A stretch of 64,000 nucleotides of DNA, counting the filler, from Dimargaris cristalligena (taxonomy: Eukaryota): NCBI GenBank assembly GCA_003614675.1. It is 3 parts of 3 records of this genome, joined end to end, with 100 filler letters (N's around TTAATTAATTAA, not from the genome) between each part and the next. Parts side by side here need not be neighbours in the genome. Positions count along the whole stretch, not along the records: positions 1 to 22,475 come from ML002632.1; 2 more parts are not named here. One strand, written 5' to 3'. A program made the translations under genes and the position numbers. Below are positions 1 to 12,136 of the stretch, piece by piece (the first letter of the stretch is position 1; every line of letters begins with the position of its first letter). The notes under the pieces are model-generated. The model had not been told where the DNA came from, ran no database searches, and worked only from the letters and a program-made list of their open reading frames with translations.

Positions 1-1157
1 TTTCAAGTATAAATACTCCCCCTTGCTGCCACCTCTTGGAACAGAAGTCTATCATTACCTTTCCCTTCTTATCATCTATCTTTTCAAATAAAGTTCAGTT
101 TTCAAGGATTTGATTTTAGTTCTTTACAGTAGCTTCCCTAATATAATTATGATAGATCATATAATATAAGATATTATTATTAACATCTTAAAGTTGAGTA
201 CCTGTGGTAATTGAGGCAGGGAATGCCAAATCTGAAAAGTGCATAGTCCAGTGGCTGTATAATGGTGCCATAAAATGATTGCCACTTACTTATTATGATA
301 TTGCTTAGCCAGTTTCCAGGGCCATTGATTACTTATGTAAATAATGCTTGTGTAACAGCTAATCATATATGAGATAGCAATATTAATTAACTACAGAAAA
401 ATAACCTGGTGAAGTTGGTATTAAACACAGCTTGGAGCAGCTGGGCCCAAATTCCTAGAATAACACATTTTATGCCCTTAATATAGAAGGACATTTCTGA
501 TGCTCACCAAGATGTGTTTTTATTATCATATGGATATAATTTGATGGGAAAAAAGGGGGGCTTCAAATAATAGGTATAGGGCAATGCTGGCAGGTGATTC
601 TTTTACAGTCAGGAATACATATCACATTAATTGAGCTATTTGATATACAACCAGATTGAACACCTTCCACATCAAATTCAAAGAATTACCCAAATACATG
701 CTCTAGCAGTGTGATGTTCTCTGCTATTTTGGTGAATATTGATTTTTACTCACCCTTTCCTCCATTCCCTTGATTGCATTGGGCATATTGCCATAATCAA
801 ACCAATGTTGGCATTATAACTTCATTTCTTTGTAAACAGCAATTGCTCATCTAGAGTAACTAGCCACAAGTAGTACATGCTGCTCTCTTTTGGATTAGAA
901 CAATGAGTAAAGGCCATATGAAAAATAAAATAAAAAATAGGTAGCCTATGTTGAACATCTTTAATGAAGGTACTTTGACCTAAAGTTGAGGCAGCTCATT
1001 TACATCTGTATTCCTAAAGAGCTAAAATTACACTGACAAATGTATGACTGGGGTGTATTATCTAGACCTTCAGAGGTGGAAATATCAATTATTAGGCATG
1101 CTTTCAAGGAAATTAGGAAATTGTCATTTAATAATTATTTTTTTTGATAAAGAGAGA
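1..1157. repeat. CpG-free AT-rich tract, probable decayed repeat or transposon remnant
   Basis: By eye there is no CG dinucleotide from 1 to 1157, although C and G are common (many TG/CA). There are no long ORFs. The family is not recognised. Confidence 0.45.
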
Positions 1158-1730
1158 CGGTAAGCCCTGGCCCAGTCAACTAATTCCAGTCAAGGCTTAT
1201 TTGACCAGATTAGGATGATATGAAAGTGACCAAAAAAGCCGCGGGTGAATTAACAGTGCTCTCTTATACTAAAATAATGTTTTCTAAAAATATTTCTAAT
1301 TATATAATTACTGTTTCAAACCTGCTACCTCCTTTAACCTACTGTCCCCATTACATTCAAAAAAATATAAGTAAAAGGCCTTAAGGTGAAAGAATAATGG
1401 AAACGGATATGGTATGTTCTCTCTTTCTCTCTCTTTCCGCCTCCCTTTCTCGACCTGTAATTTAGAAAGAAAGAGCGAATACAATCAATATGTATACAAA
1501 TGTTATACAAACGAAAGGACAGTGGTGAATATAGAAATCGAGAAATGAAGAGAGAGAATGAGGAGAAGGCTGTAGAGAGGACACGGTTATGGAAGCAGAC
1601 ATGGTAATGAAGTATCCGTAATACCCAATAAAATGAAAATAGGAAAGCCAAGTGAGATACTCTCCCCTTATAAAAGTGGACGAGTATACAGAGTATTAAA
1701 AGTATTTTTTTATATATTTATTAAATCCCT

Positions 1731-4700
1731 TCATTCATTCGGTGGCGGTACGCTAACGGAGCTGGGTGACGAACATTCACTGGTATTATTGCTATGGTTG
1801 GGCGACCGACTTTGAATCGAGGTGAGGAGTTGTAGTTTCCGGCGAATATCAGGCGACCGGGTCAGGGCCTGGAGCGCTGTAGGTGTGAGGGAGTCCAAAA
1901 AATGCCGCGTTTGCGGGTTGACTGAGGAAAACTGGGCAATGTTTAACCCGTCAATTGTCGGCGGTGGTGGTGGTGATGACGGTGACGGGGATGTTGCCGA
2001 TATAGCCGATGTCAATGTTAATTCCGGCGGAGCAACTGGGGCACCTTCAGTGGTGGAAACCGGGGCTACACTGGGCGTTTCGGGGGGGATGAGGTTCACC
2101 ACCTCTTCCTGGTCCGTACTCGAAATAATATCTTTAGTGAAAGAAGGGACCGGAAGTGAACTATCTACTACTGCATCATTGACCTGGGTAACCTCAGACT
2201 TAATGACCGGTTGAGAAACAGGCGACACTGGTACCGGCTCATCAGTTTGGTCAGTAAGCTCTGATTTAGGTGTGAGCAGCGATGGGGTCGGTTCGCCACA
2301 ACCACCTCTGCTGTCTCCATCCGAAACTACCGGTGCAGTCGACGACTGCGGTTGTAGTGGAGGCGGCGATGACGATGATAATGACGACAAAAAAGGTAAG
2401 GCAAGCGATGATTTGGGTAACGCAATAGGTGTGGAAGTCACTACTACAGTCGATGCGGCCGACATCGATAGGGGTGATGACGATTGCGTAGCGGAACAGT
2501 CGTTAACTGAGGACCCGTTGGAGCGGTGGGCTGGTTGTGCCTTCGACTTATTAGATGCGGCGGTCTTTGCCTTCTTTTCGGACTTTTTCGTGGCCGCAGG
2601 GGTAATATTGGTCTTTGAGCTAGTCGGTTCAGGAGTATGTCCGTTCATCAGCACCCGTAGGGTAGCATGAGTAGCCGGGGTAACCGCCGTGGATGGAGCA
2701 AAGAGGAGCAAATCCATAATCCCGTCCCGTAGTTGTTGGCGCTGGGTTCCGGTCATGGTCTTCATCGTATCCACCTTATAAGGCATCGTTACGTCACCGG
2801 CCATAGAAGTGGAAGTCGTAATAGCATCCCACTGGGAGCAATAATCGTCTGCGATGGTAAAATTGGTCAGCAGAGAATCGGTGAGGGTACCGGGGTGAAG
2901 TTCTTGAGCGAATTCGCCTAATTTTTCACGCATTGCGTTCGCCCGCTCTGTGCTGAGTCGGTTGGATTTGCTGGTGGACGTTGGTCGTCGAGCGAGGGCT
3001 TCGGATACGATCCGACCCACTTGATTAGCATCACCGGTGACCAAGTCGCGCAAATCAATGGGTGATCCAATGGCCGATTGAAATACCCGAAGCAGGGTCC
3101 GCCGCATGGGTACTAATAGCTGACGCTGTAATTCCCGACCCACTTCCTGGATTGTACTGCGAGCAGTAGACGAGGATTCGGCCGAGTCATGGTTGGGGCC
3201 GGCGACTGATTCCAGCCACCTTAGAGTGGTTAACGGAAGGCCGTCGGACAAAAATCGGCCGGGGGGTAATAGGGATGCTGGTACAGACCGTTGTATTTTG
3301 GCAATGCCGGAGGCCGGGGTGGCAGCAGATGTCCACGGCGAATCCTTATAGGCGGCCGGTAAAGCAGACGGAGATTCCACCAATTGCAGGGCGGGGGGAC
3401 CCGCGGCCGGTGTGTCGACGGTCTGCAGGGCATTATACAGTGCCTGGTGGACCGTTTCCACGGTCGAATGGGCCCCCTGGGTCAGTTCGTCCACGGTTTG
3501 CCGTACCCGATCCTGGACTGCCGCTCCGCAACCCCCGACGAAAGTCAACAAACTATTGGAGTAAGCGGCCCCGAAGTCGTTTCCGTAGGTGCAGGCCAGG
3601 AACCGTTGGGCGGGTTCGGCGGGTAAGAGTGACTGACTGCCAAGTTTACCGGGAAGTTCGGTTCGGGGGTAGGGTCCGAAGTCTAGCAGACCCGCCGGGG
3701 CGTACGTATATTCCACATTGGGCTTAGACCGTTTAGCAGCCCCGGTACCAGCTCCGGTGGTGGAAGGCACGTCGGTGACCGAGGTGGTCCAGGCGCAGAA
3801 GAGGGTCGACTCATCTTGGTCGTACTCCCAGTCCCAGGCCGCGTTATAGACTTCGCGGGCGCACTCCGTATCCCGGGACCCATCGTCCGCTAGGGGGATT
3901 TTAACGAGAGTATCGCGATATTTGCGCTTGGTACCGGCGACGGCACCCCCTCCCGTAGTGACTACCGTTGCACTAGCGGTAACCCCCGTAGGACCGGGGG
4001 TGGTAGGTATCGACAGGCGATGGCTTACGGATAGTAACGGACTGGTCAATGGTAGACTCGAATTCGACCGGGACATGATCAGGGGGGACACCATACCCCC
4101 CAGGGCTGGGGAGTCGAGGCCCCCAGAATAGACGGGAGTCCCAATCTCGCTACCCGATTGGCTATTACGACGCGACAGGAGGGGAGGGGTCGCTGTGACC
4201 TGTTCATAAAGGGAGTTCATTGCAGCCAACGGGTCGATTTGGCCACCTTGGTTATCCTCGACTTGTTGGGCCAACAGCTGGGCTAATTGAGCCTGCACTT
4301 CCTTGACCTTGCGGGCGTAATGGCCATCCAAGAGGGGAAGGGGGGATTGGAACTCGCTGGTGACGGTGGGAGTCGGCATAGTGTCCAGCGGAGTGGATGA
4401 GGAAGGCATTGCTTCCACTACAGGGGTCGACGATGAGGGCAGGGGAGTAGCCAGGGCGGAAGGACCAGCATTATCGGTTACCATAATATCCGGATCCATG
4501 GCCCCCGGAGTGGGTAGTTCTGGGTCCGGATCCTTAATCTCCACTTCCTCCAATTCCTCCGGGGGTGCATTGGCCATGGCGTAGTTAATTCGACGGGTCA
4601 TCCGTTCAATGGACAACAGGCCGAATTCCTCCAATTTGCGGGCGGTCCGGTAATACAGCGTGGTAGGCGAGTTGTACGTGGTGGCATTACGAATAACTAA

Positions 4701-6212
4701 TTCAAAATCGGCACGGAATTCACCGATGTTACGGTACACTCGGTTATCAATCTTTTTCCGCATGGTGCCGAAGTCCATGGGACGTTTAATGACGGTGAGA
4801 TAATCGGGAATGGCGGTGGTATCGACGGGTTTGATGAAAAACGCGTAAGCGTCCCGTTTGACGATTTTATCGAGGACTTTGGTAAGGGCGGTTTTAAGGT
4901 TCCGGCCGATGGGGGTGTAGCCCTTGGCCAGTTTGGGCTTGCCGGAGCCGGGTTTACGGCCGGGTGTTTTCCGGTTGTGGCGTGGGTCGGTGGGGGTCGG
5001 CGTATCCTCGGGGTGGGAGGAGATGGGGGAGGTGGGCGGGTCGTCCATTAGGCCCGGACTCGATGGGTGGGAGTATGAGGTTGGACTACTGCTGCTGGCG
5101 CCGAGGGATAGGAAACTGGACTGGCGTATCCGGGGGGCGGAGGGGGGCACGGACGAGGAAAGGGGGCTGTGGGGATCGTGATGGTGGTGACCCGAGGGGG
5201 AGGAGTAGGAGAATCCAGTTGCTGACAATAGGGGAAGGGAAGTAGGGGGGTAGCTCCCATCGAACCCCGGTGTAGAAACCGCCGGACTGTCCCAAACGTT
5301 TCGGATAGGGGTGGCGACCGGTGGCTTACCAATAATCCGGATTCGTTTAAAGGATGATGCTACGGAGTCGTCGGAATTAGCGGAGGGGAACCGACCCAGG
5401 GAGAGTTTGATCAGCGGGGATGCCGAGCTATTAGCCGTGACCGGCGACCCGGTAACGCCCACGGAGCCCACTTCCGACGCCTGATTATCGGCCGCTGCCG
5501 CCGCCGCTACAGCCAACCGGTGTTCGTTTTCCCGCTTACGCTTCTTCTTCTTCTTTTTCCCCGGTTTGGAGGAATGCGTTGACTCGCGTCGGGATTCACC
5601 GTCGAACGAAGGTGGTTTATTATGAAAGGGGGGCGGACTCGGCGAGCCGGGTGGTTGCGGGGTGGCGGGCGACGGTGATACCAGGGGTTTAAGTTTGATG
5701 ACGGTTGGGGTGCACCGGGCGGGCGGAGGCGTGGGGGTCGAACTTGCGAACGAATTAAGCTTGAGTTTTATTTTAGGCATAGGGGTCGTAGTAGCGGATG
5801 CGGAGGGTGCTGGAGTAAGGGCCGCGGAGTCGGACCCACCCCGGTCGTCCGCCTCGTCAATATCACTGAAGGAAAATTCGATGCTGTCATCGGAGTCGTG
5901 CTCGCGGATGGAGGCTGTGGCGCGGGTTCGACTGCGGCCGCCCTTGTAGGAGTCGTTGGTGGGGGTCGGGGGGTTAGGGTTATTATTGAGCTTTAGGGAA
6001 ATCTTGAGCTTAGTGGCAGACAGCTGGGGGGCTAAGTGGTGGGGACGCGCGTAGATGGAATTAAAGCAGGCAGTGGATAGTGGAATAGAGCAGGTGATTA
6101 GAACCTGTGGCGATGGAGTCTTAAGGACTTTGGCTAGGAGCAATGCATGGGAGGGCAAAGGAGGAGGGGCCTGGGGCAGGTCTAGCCATGACAGGCATGC
6201 ATGGCAGCTCAA
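1731..6212 (-). CDS. BRD7/BRD9-like bromodomain protein (true start uncertain, probably in upstream exon(s))
   Basis: 1493-aa ORF with a bromodomain (DAYAFFIKPVD...PDYLTVIKRPMDFGTM...NATTYN..TLYY) and a basic KKKKKKRKR stretch. The segment LDFGPY...TYGNDFGAAYSNSLLTFV...VDELTQGAH resembles the BRD7/9 C-terminal (DUF3512) region. The first ~60 codons look intronic; minus-strand GTGAGT donors lie near 6653 and 6971. Confidence 0.82.
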   Translation of the reverse strand: MSCHACLSWLDLPQAPPPLPSHALLLAKVLKTPSPQVLITCSIPLSTACFNSIYARPHHLAPQLSATKLKISLKLNNNPNPPTPTNDSYKGGRSRTRATASIREHDSDDSIEFSFSDIDEADDRGGSDSAALTPAPSASATTTPMPKIKLKLNSFASSTPTPPPARCTPTVIKLKPLVSPSPATPQPPGSPSPPPFHNKPPSFDGESRRESTHSSKPGKKKKKKRKRENEHRLAVAAAAAADNQASEVGSVGVTGSPVTANSSASPLIKLSLGRFPSANSDDSVASSFKRIRIIGKPPVATPIRNVWDSPAVSTPGFDGSYPPTSLPLLSATGFSYSSPSGHHHHDPHSPLSSSVPPSAPRIRQSSFLSLGASSSSPTSYSHPSSPGLMDDPPTSPISSHPEDTPTPTDPRHNRKTPGRKPGSGKPKLAKGYTPIGRNLKTALTKVLDKIVKRDAYAFFIKPVDTTAIPDYLTVIKRPMDFGTMRKKIDNRVYRNIGEFRADFELVIRNATTYNSPTTLYYRTARKLEEFGLLSIERMTRRINYAMANAPPEELEEVEIKDPDPELPTPGAMDPDIMVTDNAGPSALATPLPSSSTPVVEAMPSSSTPLDTMPTPTVTSEFQSPLPLLDGHYARKVKEVQAQLAQLLAQQVEDNQGGQIDPLAAMNSLYEQVTATPPLLSRRNSQSGSEIGTPVYSGGLDSPALGGMVSPLIMSRSNSSLPLTSPLLSVSHRLSIPTTPGPTGVTASATVVTTGGGAVAGTKRKYRDTLVKIPLADDGSRDTECAREVYNAAWDWEYDQDESTLFCAWTTSVTDVPSTTGAGTGAAKRSKPNVEYTYAPAGLLDFGPYPRTELPGKLGSQSLLPAEPAQRFLACTYGNDFGAAYSNSLLTFVGGCGAAVQDRVRQTVDELTQGAHSTVETVHQALYNALQTVDTPAAGPPALQLVESPSALPAAYKDSPWTSAATPASGIAKIQRSVPASLLPPGRFLSDGLPLTTLRWLESVAGPNHDSAESSSTARSTIQEVGRELQRQLLVPMRRTLLRVFQSAIGSPIDLRDLVTGDANQVGRIVSEALARRPTSTSKSNRLSTERANAMREKLGEFAQELHPGTLTDSLLTNFTIADDYCSQWDAITTSTSMAGDVTMPYKVDTMKTMTGTQRQQLRDGIMDLLLFAPSTAVTPATHATLRVLMNGHTPEPTSSKTNITPAATKKSEKKAKTAASNKSKAQPAHRSNGSSVNDCSATQSSSPLSMSAASTVVVTSTPIALPKSSLALPFLSSLSSSSPPPLQPQSSTAPVVSDGDSRGGCGEPTPSLLTPKSELTDQTDEPVPVSPVSQPVIKSEVTQVNDAVVDSSLPVPSFTKDIISSTDQEEVVNLIPPETPSVAPVSTTEGAPVAPPELTLTSAISATSPSPSSPPPPPTIDGLNIAQFSSVNPQTRHFLDSLTPTALQALTRSPDIRRKLQLLTSIQSRSPNHSNNTSECSSPSSVSVPPPNE

Positions 6213-7418
6213 TACTTACTAGCTGAGGAAGAGTTCGACTCGGAAGACCTATACGATAAGTGCTGGGTAGTTCTATGTGAGCCCATAGTCCTGGCAGTAC
6301 TCTAAAGGGACTCTCTACTAGAATAGGTAACGGGGTGGAGCACACACCGGCACAGGCGTAAATAATAGATACCAGGAGCCCAAAAAGTCCACCTAGGTTA
6401 AGTTCCAAAAGATGGACGGTGCTGCAGGTGAAAAGAGGGACCGCGCGTGGTGATTGTGAAATAGGAATGGGGGGGAGGGATTGGCACGGCACAATACAAC
6501 AGAAGGGATAATTAGAGACCGTTGGAGTAGATCAGGTGGGTTTCGGATTGGGACAATGGGCGTGGACTTGGCGGGGAGATCTTCTTTGGAAAGGCTAAAA
6601 GTCCGTGCAATATACCACCACCACTCTACTTCTACTACTTTAGCACTACTCACCTCTAGAAATAGAACCGCTTAATAATATGTGTGAGGAGGAGTGGTTG
6701 TTGTTGGTTAGATAATTTAGTTGTGTTAGTTTGGGATAATTGTAATTGAATAATAAGTGCTGCGACAGTGTGAGGAAGGTGCCAGCAAAATATACACACA
6801 GATTACTTGCTACCACATCAATACTAAACGAACACAGATTGGGTGAAAAAAATAATGTCAAACGAGGGAATTGATAGTATATAGCGAGCGCTAGATGGAT
6901 GGGGTAAGGGGGGGGGGGCACAATACTCTGCCTCTTAACTAGGGTAGGGTAGGGTGACGAGCGCGACTCACACACCACCAACCACGGGAATCATCATTCA
7001 TAGTAGTATATACCCCCCTCCCAATAACCCTCAATGATTATGTTCCCGTGACTTGCTTGCCCTCTCCCACCTAAAGCCATGGGATTTTAATTGCTCCCCC
7101 CAGCGTAGAAATCCCCCCGGATCAACACCAGGCACCTTAAACTAGTCTCATTGGCTGGCCACATAGCTCTCCCCCCACAACTACTCTCTCCCCCAAAGAT
7201 AGAGCGACCCGCACGACTGAACCTGGTCGAATGGACCGAATGCAAAGTAGGCCCACCAGGGCTCGAATCAAGCCGTCTCGAGAGGACTGGAAGAAGCCAA
7301 CCGCTTTACATTACTTAGAGAGAAGAGTACCCCGGAGTTCCTTAGACACCTTGGCCAGCTTCAGTCCAAGCTCATTCCTCATATCCCCCGTACCACCTAT
7401 AATACCTCACCGCTTATA

Positions 7419-9422
7419 ATGCTGCCCCGAATCACCGCTGTCCATTCTCGGCGTTTGGCTGGGTCCCTAACCCGCCGTTCAGGGCCCGCCTCGATTCCGG
7501 TAACATTACAGTGCCGTAGTCTATCCACCGACGAGTCGGCCGCCGCCCCGAGTAAGTCATATCACATAACTCATAGAAACCCCTCACCAGGATAGTATTC
7601 GCCATACCAAACCCGACCCTGCCTACCCCCCCCCCCCAGTGCCGGAAGGAGTGTTAGTCAGAATTCCATAGCACCGTCGAATGCACCATATTTATACCAT
7701 TTATCATGACTATACACCCCCTCTAATACCCTATTTTCATTGATCCAAACCAACCCCGCTCCGCAATTGATTTGATCTAGAAACAAAACCCGCCCTTAGT
7801 CGCTTTTGGAAGCAAGTCACTTTGGAATCTACTGATGGTAAGGCCAAGCGAAGTATGTCCATGCAATAATCCGAGGCTGCTTTATTCATTCCCCTATCCC
7901 GCACCCATATGTAGCTACTAATCAGCCGCTTATATATATATATATATCACATACCCCTCCTCATACATTACTACGTTTAATTTCATCTAATCTTATTGCC
8001 TAGACGGTAAATTCCAGGTCAAGCTGGACAAGCGCCCCATCAAGACTCCCGATGGCCAAAAAATCGAAATCGCGGCCGATCGTAAAATCTTAGGTCTACT
8101 GCTGGTGGCCGAATGGGATAGTCAGACCAAAGTGATCAAGCCACATTCCCTACCCTTGGTAAATACCCCACTTTTTGTATCCGTTTGACACCTCTACTTG
8201 AGTACGGCCGGTCTAATCATTTTTAAGACCGTTTTCATCGTTCATTACACCAAGCCAAACTCATTCTTGATATGGTTACATGTATTTTACCTCCTGTGGT
8301 TTGCATTAAATTATCTAGACGTCCTTGGTTGCCCGTTCCATGGATGGTCTCAGCAGTAATCAGCAGCGCCAAGATGTGATCAAGCATCTGTCTCGCTACC
8401 TCCACACCGATGCCATATGGTAAGCTGACACTCTACGCCAGAGATATATATATTATACCCGCATCACCTCTACAAAGCGCCCAGTCACGGCTTCTCCCCT
8501 TCCCCCGGAACAATTCTATCCCTTGGGTATGGTTCCATAGTGACTAGCCTCCCCCATTACGGCTCTACATTTTATAACATTTAATCCTAAGCCATACAAT
8601 GCCTATTTTCATGTTCCCAATGTGCTATTTGTTATATATAATAGTTTCCAGCAGACCTACCCCCAGCCCCTGGTTGACTTACAAGATAAGGCCTGGAGTC
8701 CCATTATCGAATGGATCCAAACGGAATACAAGGTCAAAATCAATGTCACCGACGAACTGTTCGGTATGAGCCAAACCCCCGAAACCGAAGCCCAATTGCT
8801 GGCCGTGGTGTCCGAATTCCATCCCCTTAAACTAGCCGGTAAGTATAGTATACAATATAGATTATAATAAGGCCCTGGAATACAAGTATTGCTCTAACTA
8901 GCCAATGTACATAGCGATGAAGATATAATGCATAAACTCCCCCCCCTCCCTACTATTGCCACCGACTCAATTTATATTGTGGAAACCACGTATCCCCTTT
9001 TATGACTTACGATCATTCACACTCTCATATTCACGGTCAACAATCGGTCTATTTGTAGCTTTCGAACGGGCGGTCATGCACTCGAAGTCGTTTTTGCTGG
9101 GCCTGGCATTGGTCAACCGACTTGTATCGGTAGAGCAGGCCGTGGAGGCTTCCCAGGTGGAGCTGTTGGCCCAGATTAAACAATGGGGTCTCGTCGAAGA
9201 CAGTAAGTCACTCTCCTTATATATATATATTTCTATTGGTTGTCGATTTTTTTTTGGCTGTGCTACCCATCGACAGGATAATCGGACCTCCATCTAATCC
9301 CTTCCTTCTTTCCTGCTCTGATCTCCTTACTACAATTTCATATTTCAGCCCACGATGTGAATGAAGAAGACTTGAAACGGATGCTCGGGGCTGCGGTATG
9401 CACTCAAATTCTAGATAACTAA
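7419..9422 (+). CDS. ATP12: Mitochondrial F1-ATPase assembly factor Atp12/ATPAF2, 7 exons
   Basis: Exons 7419-7551, 7781-7837, 8004-8158, 8319-8419, 8645-8838, 9059-9202 and 9349-9422 join in frame with GT..AG introns. The product has an Arg-rich presequence and the motifs RFWKQV, LDKRPIKTP, AEWDSQ, LPLTSLVARSMD, YLHTD and QIKQWGLVEDTHDV. Confidence 0.92.
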
Positions 9423-9708
9423 ACCCAACCATCATTAACATTATTGGTCGGTTAAATCTATGACATCGAGTTAATTTTTGTTGGATCGGGAATTCATTGT
9501 ATGAAAAATGATAAAATAAATTTCGCTTTTTTTTGATGAAAAAAATGACAGGGTAGCTCCCTTCTTAGTGGAGAAAGGGACCTCCGTAATTTTAAATGTA
9601 CGACAATATGAATGCGATGATAGTAAATTCATTTAAAGACTAAAAAAGGAAAAGAAAAAGAATGGAAACCATACAGCAACATGGTCAGTATAGGATCTAT
9701 TCCCCCGC

Positions 9709-11466
9709 TTATTGCTGTTGGCGACGGACCTTGGCCTGGCGGTAGTAGTTGATCAAGCCATTCGTGGAGGTATCGTGCGAGTTCACAGCGGCCAGAGATT
9801 CGGCAGTATCCTGGGAGCTGGTCTGCAATTCTGGTAGAATCTTCTTAGCCAACTGCTTGCCCAACTCTACGCCCCATTGGTCGAACGAGTTGATGTTCCA
9901 AATAATACCCTGGACAAAAATCTTGTGCTCGTACAAGGCAATCAGCGACCCGAGGGCAAAGGGGTGCAGTACTGGGTCAATGAGCAGCGAGTTGGTGGGG
10001 CGGTTACCCTTGAATACCTTGTGGGGCAGAATGTTCTGCACTTCCGCGTCGCTCCACTTCGCCGACGTGGGATCACTCTTCAGCTCACTGTAGACTTGTT
10101 CGGCGGATTTACCGCGCATGAGCGCCTCGGGCTGGGCGAAGAAGTTGGACAGCAGAATGTCGTGGTGGACGTTATTGGAGATGGGGTTGAGGGAGTGGGT
10201 GGTGGCGATAAAATCAGCGGGGATCATTTTGGTGCCCTGGTGGATGAGCTGGTAGAAGGCGTGTTGGCCGTTGGTGCCTGGTTCACCCCAGATAATGGGA
10301 CCGGTTTGGTAATTCACCTCCTTCGCATCGCGGGTCACGAATTTGCCGTTGGACTCCATATCGCCCTGCTGGAAATAGGCGGCGAAGCGGCTCAGGTACT
10401 GATCGTACGGGAGAAGGGCCTGGGTCTGGGCACCCCAGAAGTCATTGTACCAAACACCGACGAGCGCCAACAGGACGGGGAGGTTCTCCTCCAGAGGGGT
10501 CGAGCGGAAATGACGGTCCATGGCGTGGGCACCGGCTAAAAGGGACTCGAATTGATCGAAGCCCACGTAGATGGCGATGGACAGGCCAATGGCCGACCAC
10601 AGGGAGTAGCGGCCACCCACCCAATCCCAGAACTGGAACATGTTTTCGGGGGAAATACCAAACTCCGTTACCTTGGCGGTATTGGTGGATAGGGCCACGA
10701 AGTGCTTGGCAATGTGGGACTCGTCTTTAGCTTCATCCAGGAACCAGGCCCGGGCGGACTGGGCGTTGGTGATAGTTTCCTGGGTGGTGAAGGTCTTGGA
10801 TGCGATGATGAACAGGGTGGAGGCCTGCTGGCACGACCGGAGAGTCTCAGCCAAGTGAGTACCGTCCACATTGGACACGAAGTGGACGCGCAGTTTCTCC
10901 GGATTGGCGTACTTGGCCAGGGCCTGGGTCACCATCACGGGGCCCAAGTCCGACCCACCGATACCGATATTGACTACATCGGTGATACGCTCACCGGTAT
11001 AACCGCGCCATTCGCCGGACCGAATGGCGTCGGAGGTCTCGCGCATGTGCTGGAGTACGGCGTGGACGTCAGGGGTCACGTTATGGCCCTCGGAGTACAT
11101 GGGGGTGTCGGTCAAGTTGCGCAGGGCTACATGCAGCACGGAACGGTGTTCGGTGAAATTGATGGGCTCACCGGCAAACATTTTTTCGCGCCACTCCTCG
11201 ACCTTAGCCTCGCGGGCCAGGTCCAGCAGCAGGGACATGGTTTCGGGGACAATCAGGTTCTTGGAGAAGTCCAGGAGGAAATTGGTTTCATGGGGGTTGG
11301 TGTTGGTGGGGCTGTGGGGGGGCTTGAAGTCCAGGTGGAGTTCGCGCGAGAAGGTGCTGAAGCGCTCAGGGTCCTTGGCGAACAGATCAGTGAGCTGGTA
11401 ATGCTTGGCCGCTTCATAATGGGCCTGCAGCTTCTTCCAGGCAGCGAGGTCGGAGGAGAGCACCAT
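9709..11466 (-). CDS. PGI1: Glucose-6-phosphate isomerase (intronless)
   Basis: 585-aa ORF with the motifs [40 protein letters not shown] and [10 protein letters not shown]. Confidence 0.99.
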   Translation of the reverse strand: MVLSSDLAAWKKLQAHYEAAKHYQLTDLFAKDPERFSTFSRELHLDFKPPHSPTNTNPHETNFLLDFSKNLIVPETMSLLLDLAREAKVEEWREKMFAGEPINFTEHRSVLHVALRNLTDTPMYSEGHNVTPDVHAVLQHMRETSDAIRSGEWRGYTGERITDVVNIGIGGSDLGPVMVTQALAKYANPEKLRVHFVSNVDGTHLAETLRSCQQASTLFIIASKTFTTQETITNAQSARAWFLDEAKDESHIAKHFVALSTNTAKVTEFGISPENMFQFWDWVGGRYSLWSAIGLSIAIYVGFDQFESLLAGAHAMDRHFRSTPLEENLPVLLALVGVWYNDFWGAQTQALLPYDQYLSRFAAYFQQGDMESNGKFVTRDAKEVNYQTGPIIWGEPGTNGQHAFYQLIHQGTKMIPADFIATTHSLNPISNNVHHDILLSNFFAQPEALMRGKSAEQVYSELKSDPTSAKWSDAEVQNILPHKVFKGNRPTNSLLIDPVLHPFALGSLIALYEHKIFVQGIIWNINSFDQWGVELGKQLAKKILPELQTSSQDTAESLAAVNSHDTSTNGLINYYRQAKVRRQQQ

Positions 11467-12136
11467 GGTGATGAAGTGAGCGGGGGGGGTAGAGATATAG
11501 TAGTAAGCAGGTAGGCGGGAGTGGGGGGGGGACTACTAGAGTTCAGTTCGGTAGCAAAAGGTAGGAGGGTAGGGTAAGGGATATATAAAACGCCAGAGCC
11601 GGTGAAACGGTTAGGGTAGAGGGAGTGGGGGACCTGGGGCTAGATATATGGGGGGGAGAAGATTGGAGTATATGCGCATACATGTGTGTATGCTATGCAG
11701 TATATATAGGAGGTCTATTTGTGGGGGAGGATTGGCCCCTTGGATTCGAGATGATTAATCGCCTCACACAACGGGCAAAGTCGCCGGCGTTGCTTAGTCA
11801 ATGACGCATCCCTCTCCCACTTGCTCTAGCGGGTTTCACACGCAACCGTTGTTCCTTCACTCCCACTCGCCCGCCGCTGTTTGCACATTCGTAGCCAGAG
11901 ACTTCGACGCTTGAAACCTACAGGGATGGGCGGCGTGCCAGGTGTATTGGCTCTCAAATCAAGTAGGTATGGAATGATGGATATCCCTCCCCCCCTTTAC
12001 CCTAGAAATCATCCCTTCCCGGGGTGGCCGTGGCGGAGCATTGGGTTGGATCATCTTACAATAATTGGATCGCTTATTATTATAAGCCTTTGGTGATTGG
12101 CGCTTCCTCTTCATAATACTTTAGTTTAGTTTTAGC

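Noticed and set aside
7640-7652. Microexon in ATP12 intron 1 (CAG|TGCCGGAAGGAGT|GTTAGT)
   Set aside because: Inclusion breaks the frame, whereas direct 7551>7781 splicing keeps it.
9749-11514. Long + strand ORFs antisense to PGI1 (similar ones over MIC60 and PRI1 exon 1)
   Set aside because: These are shadow ORFs caused by GC-rich codon usage of the real genes, with no recognisable domains.
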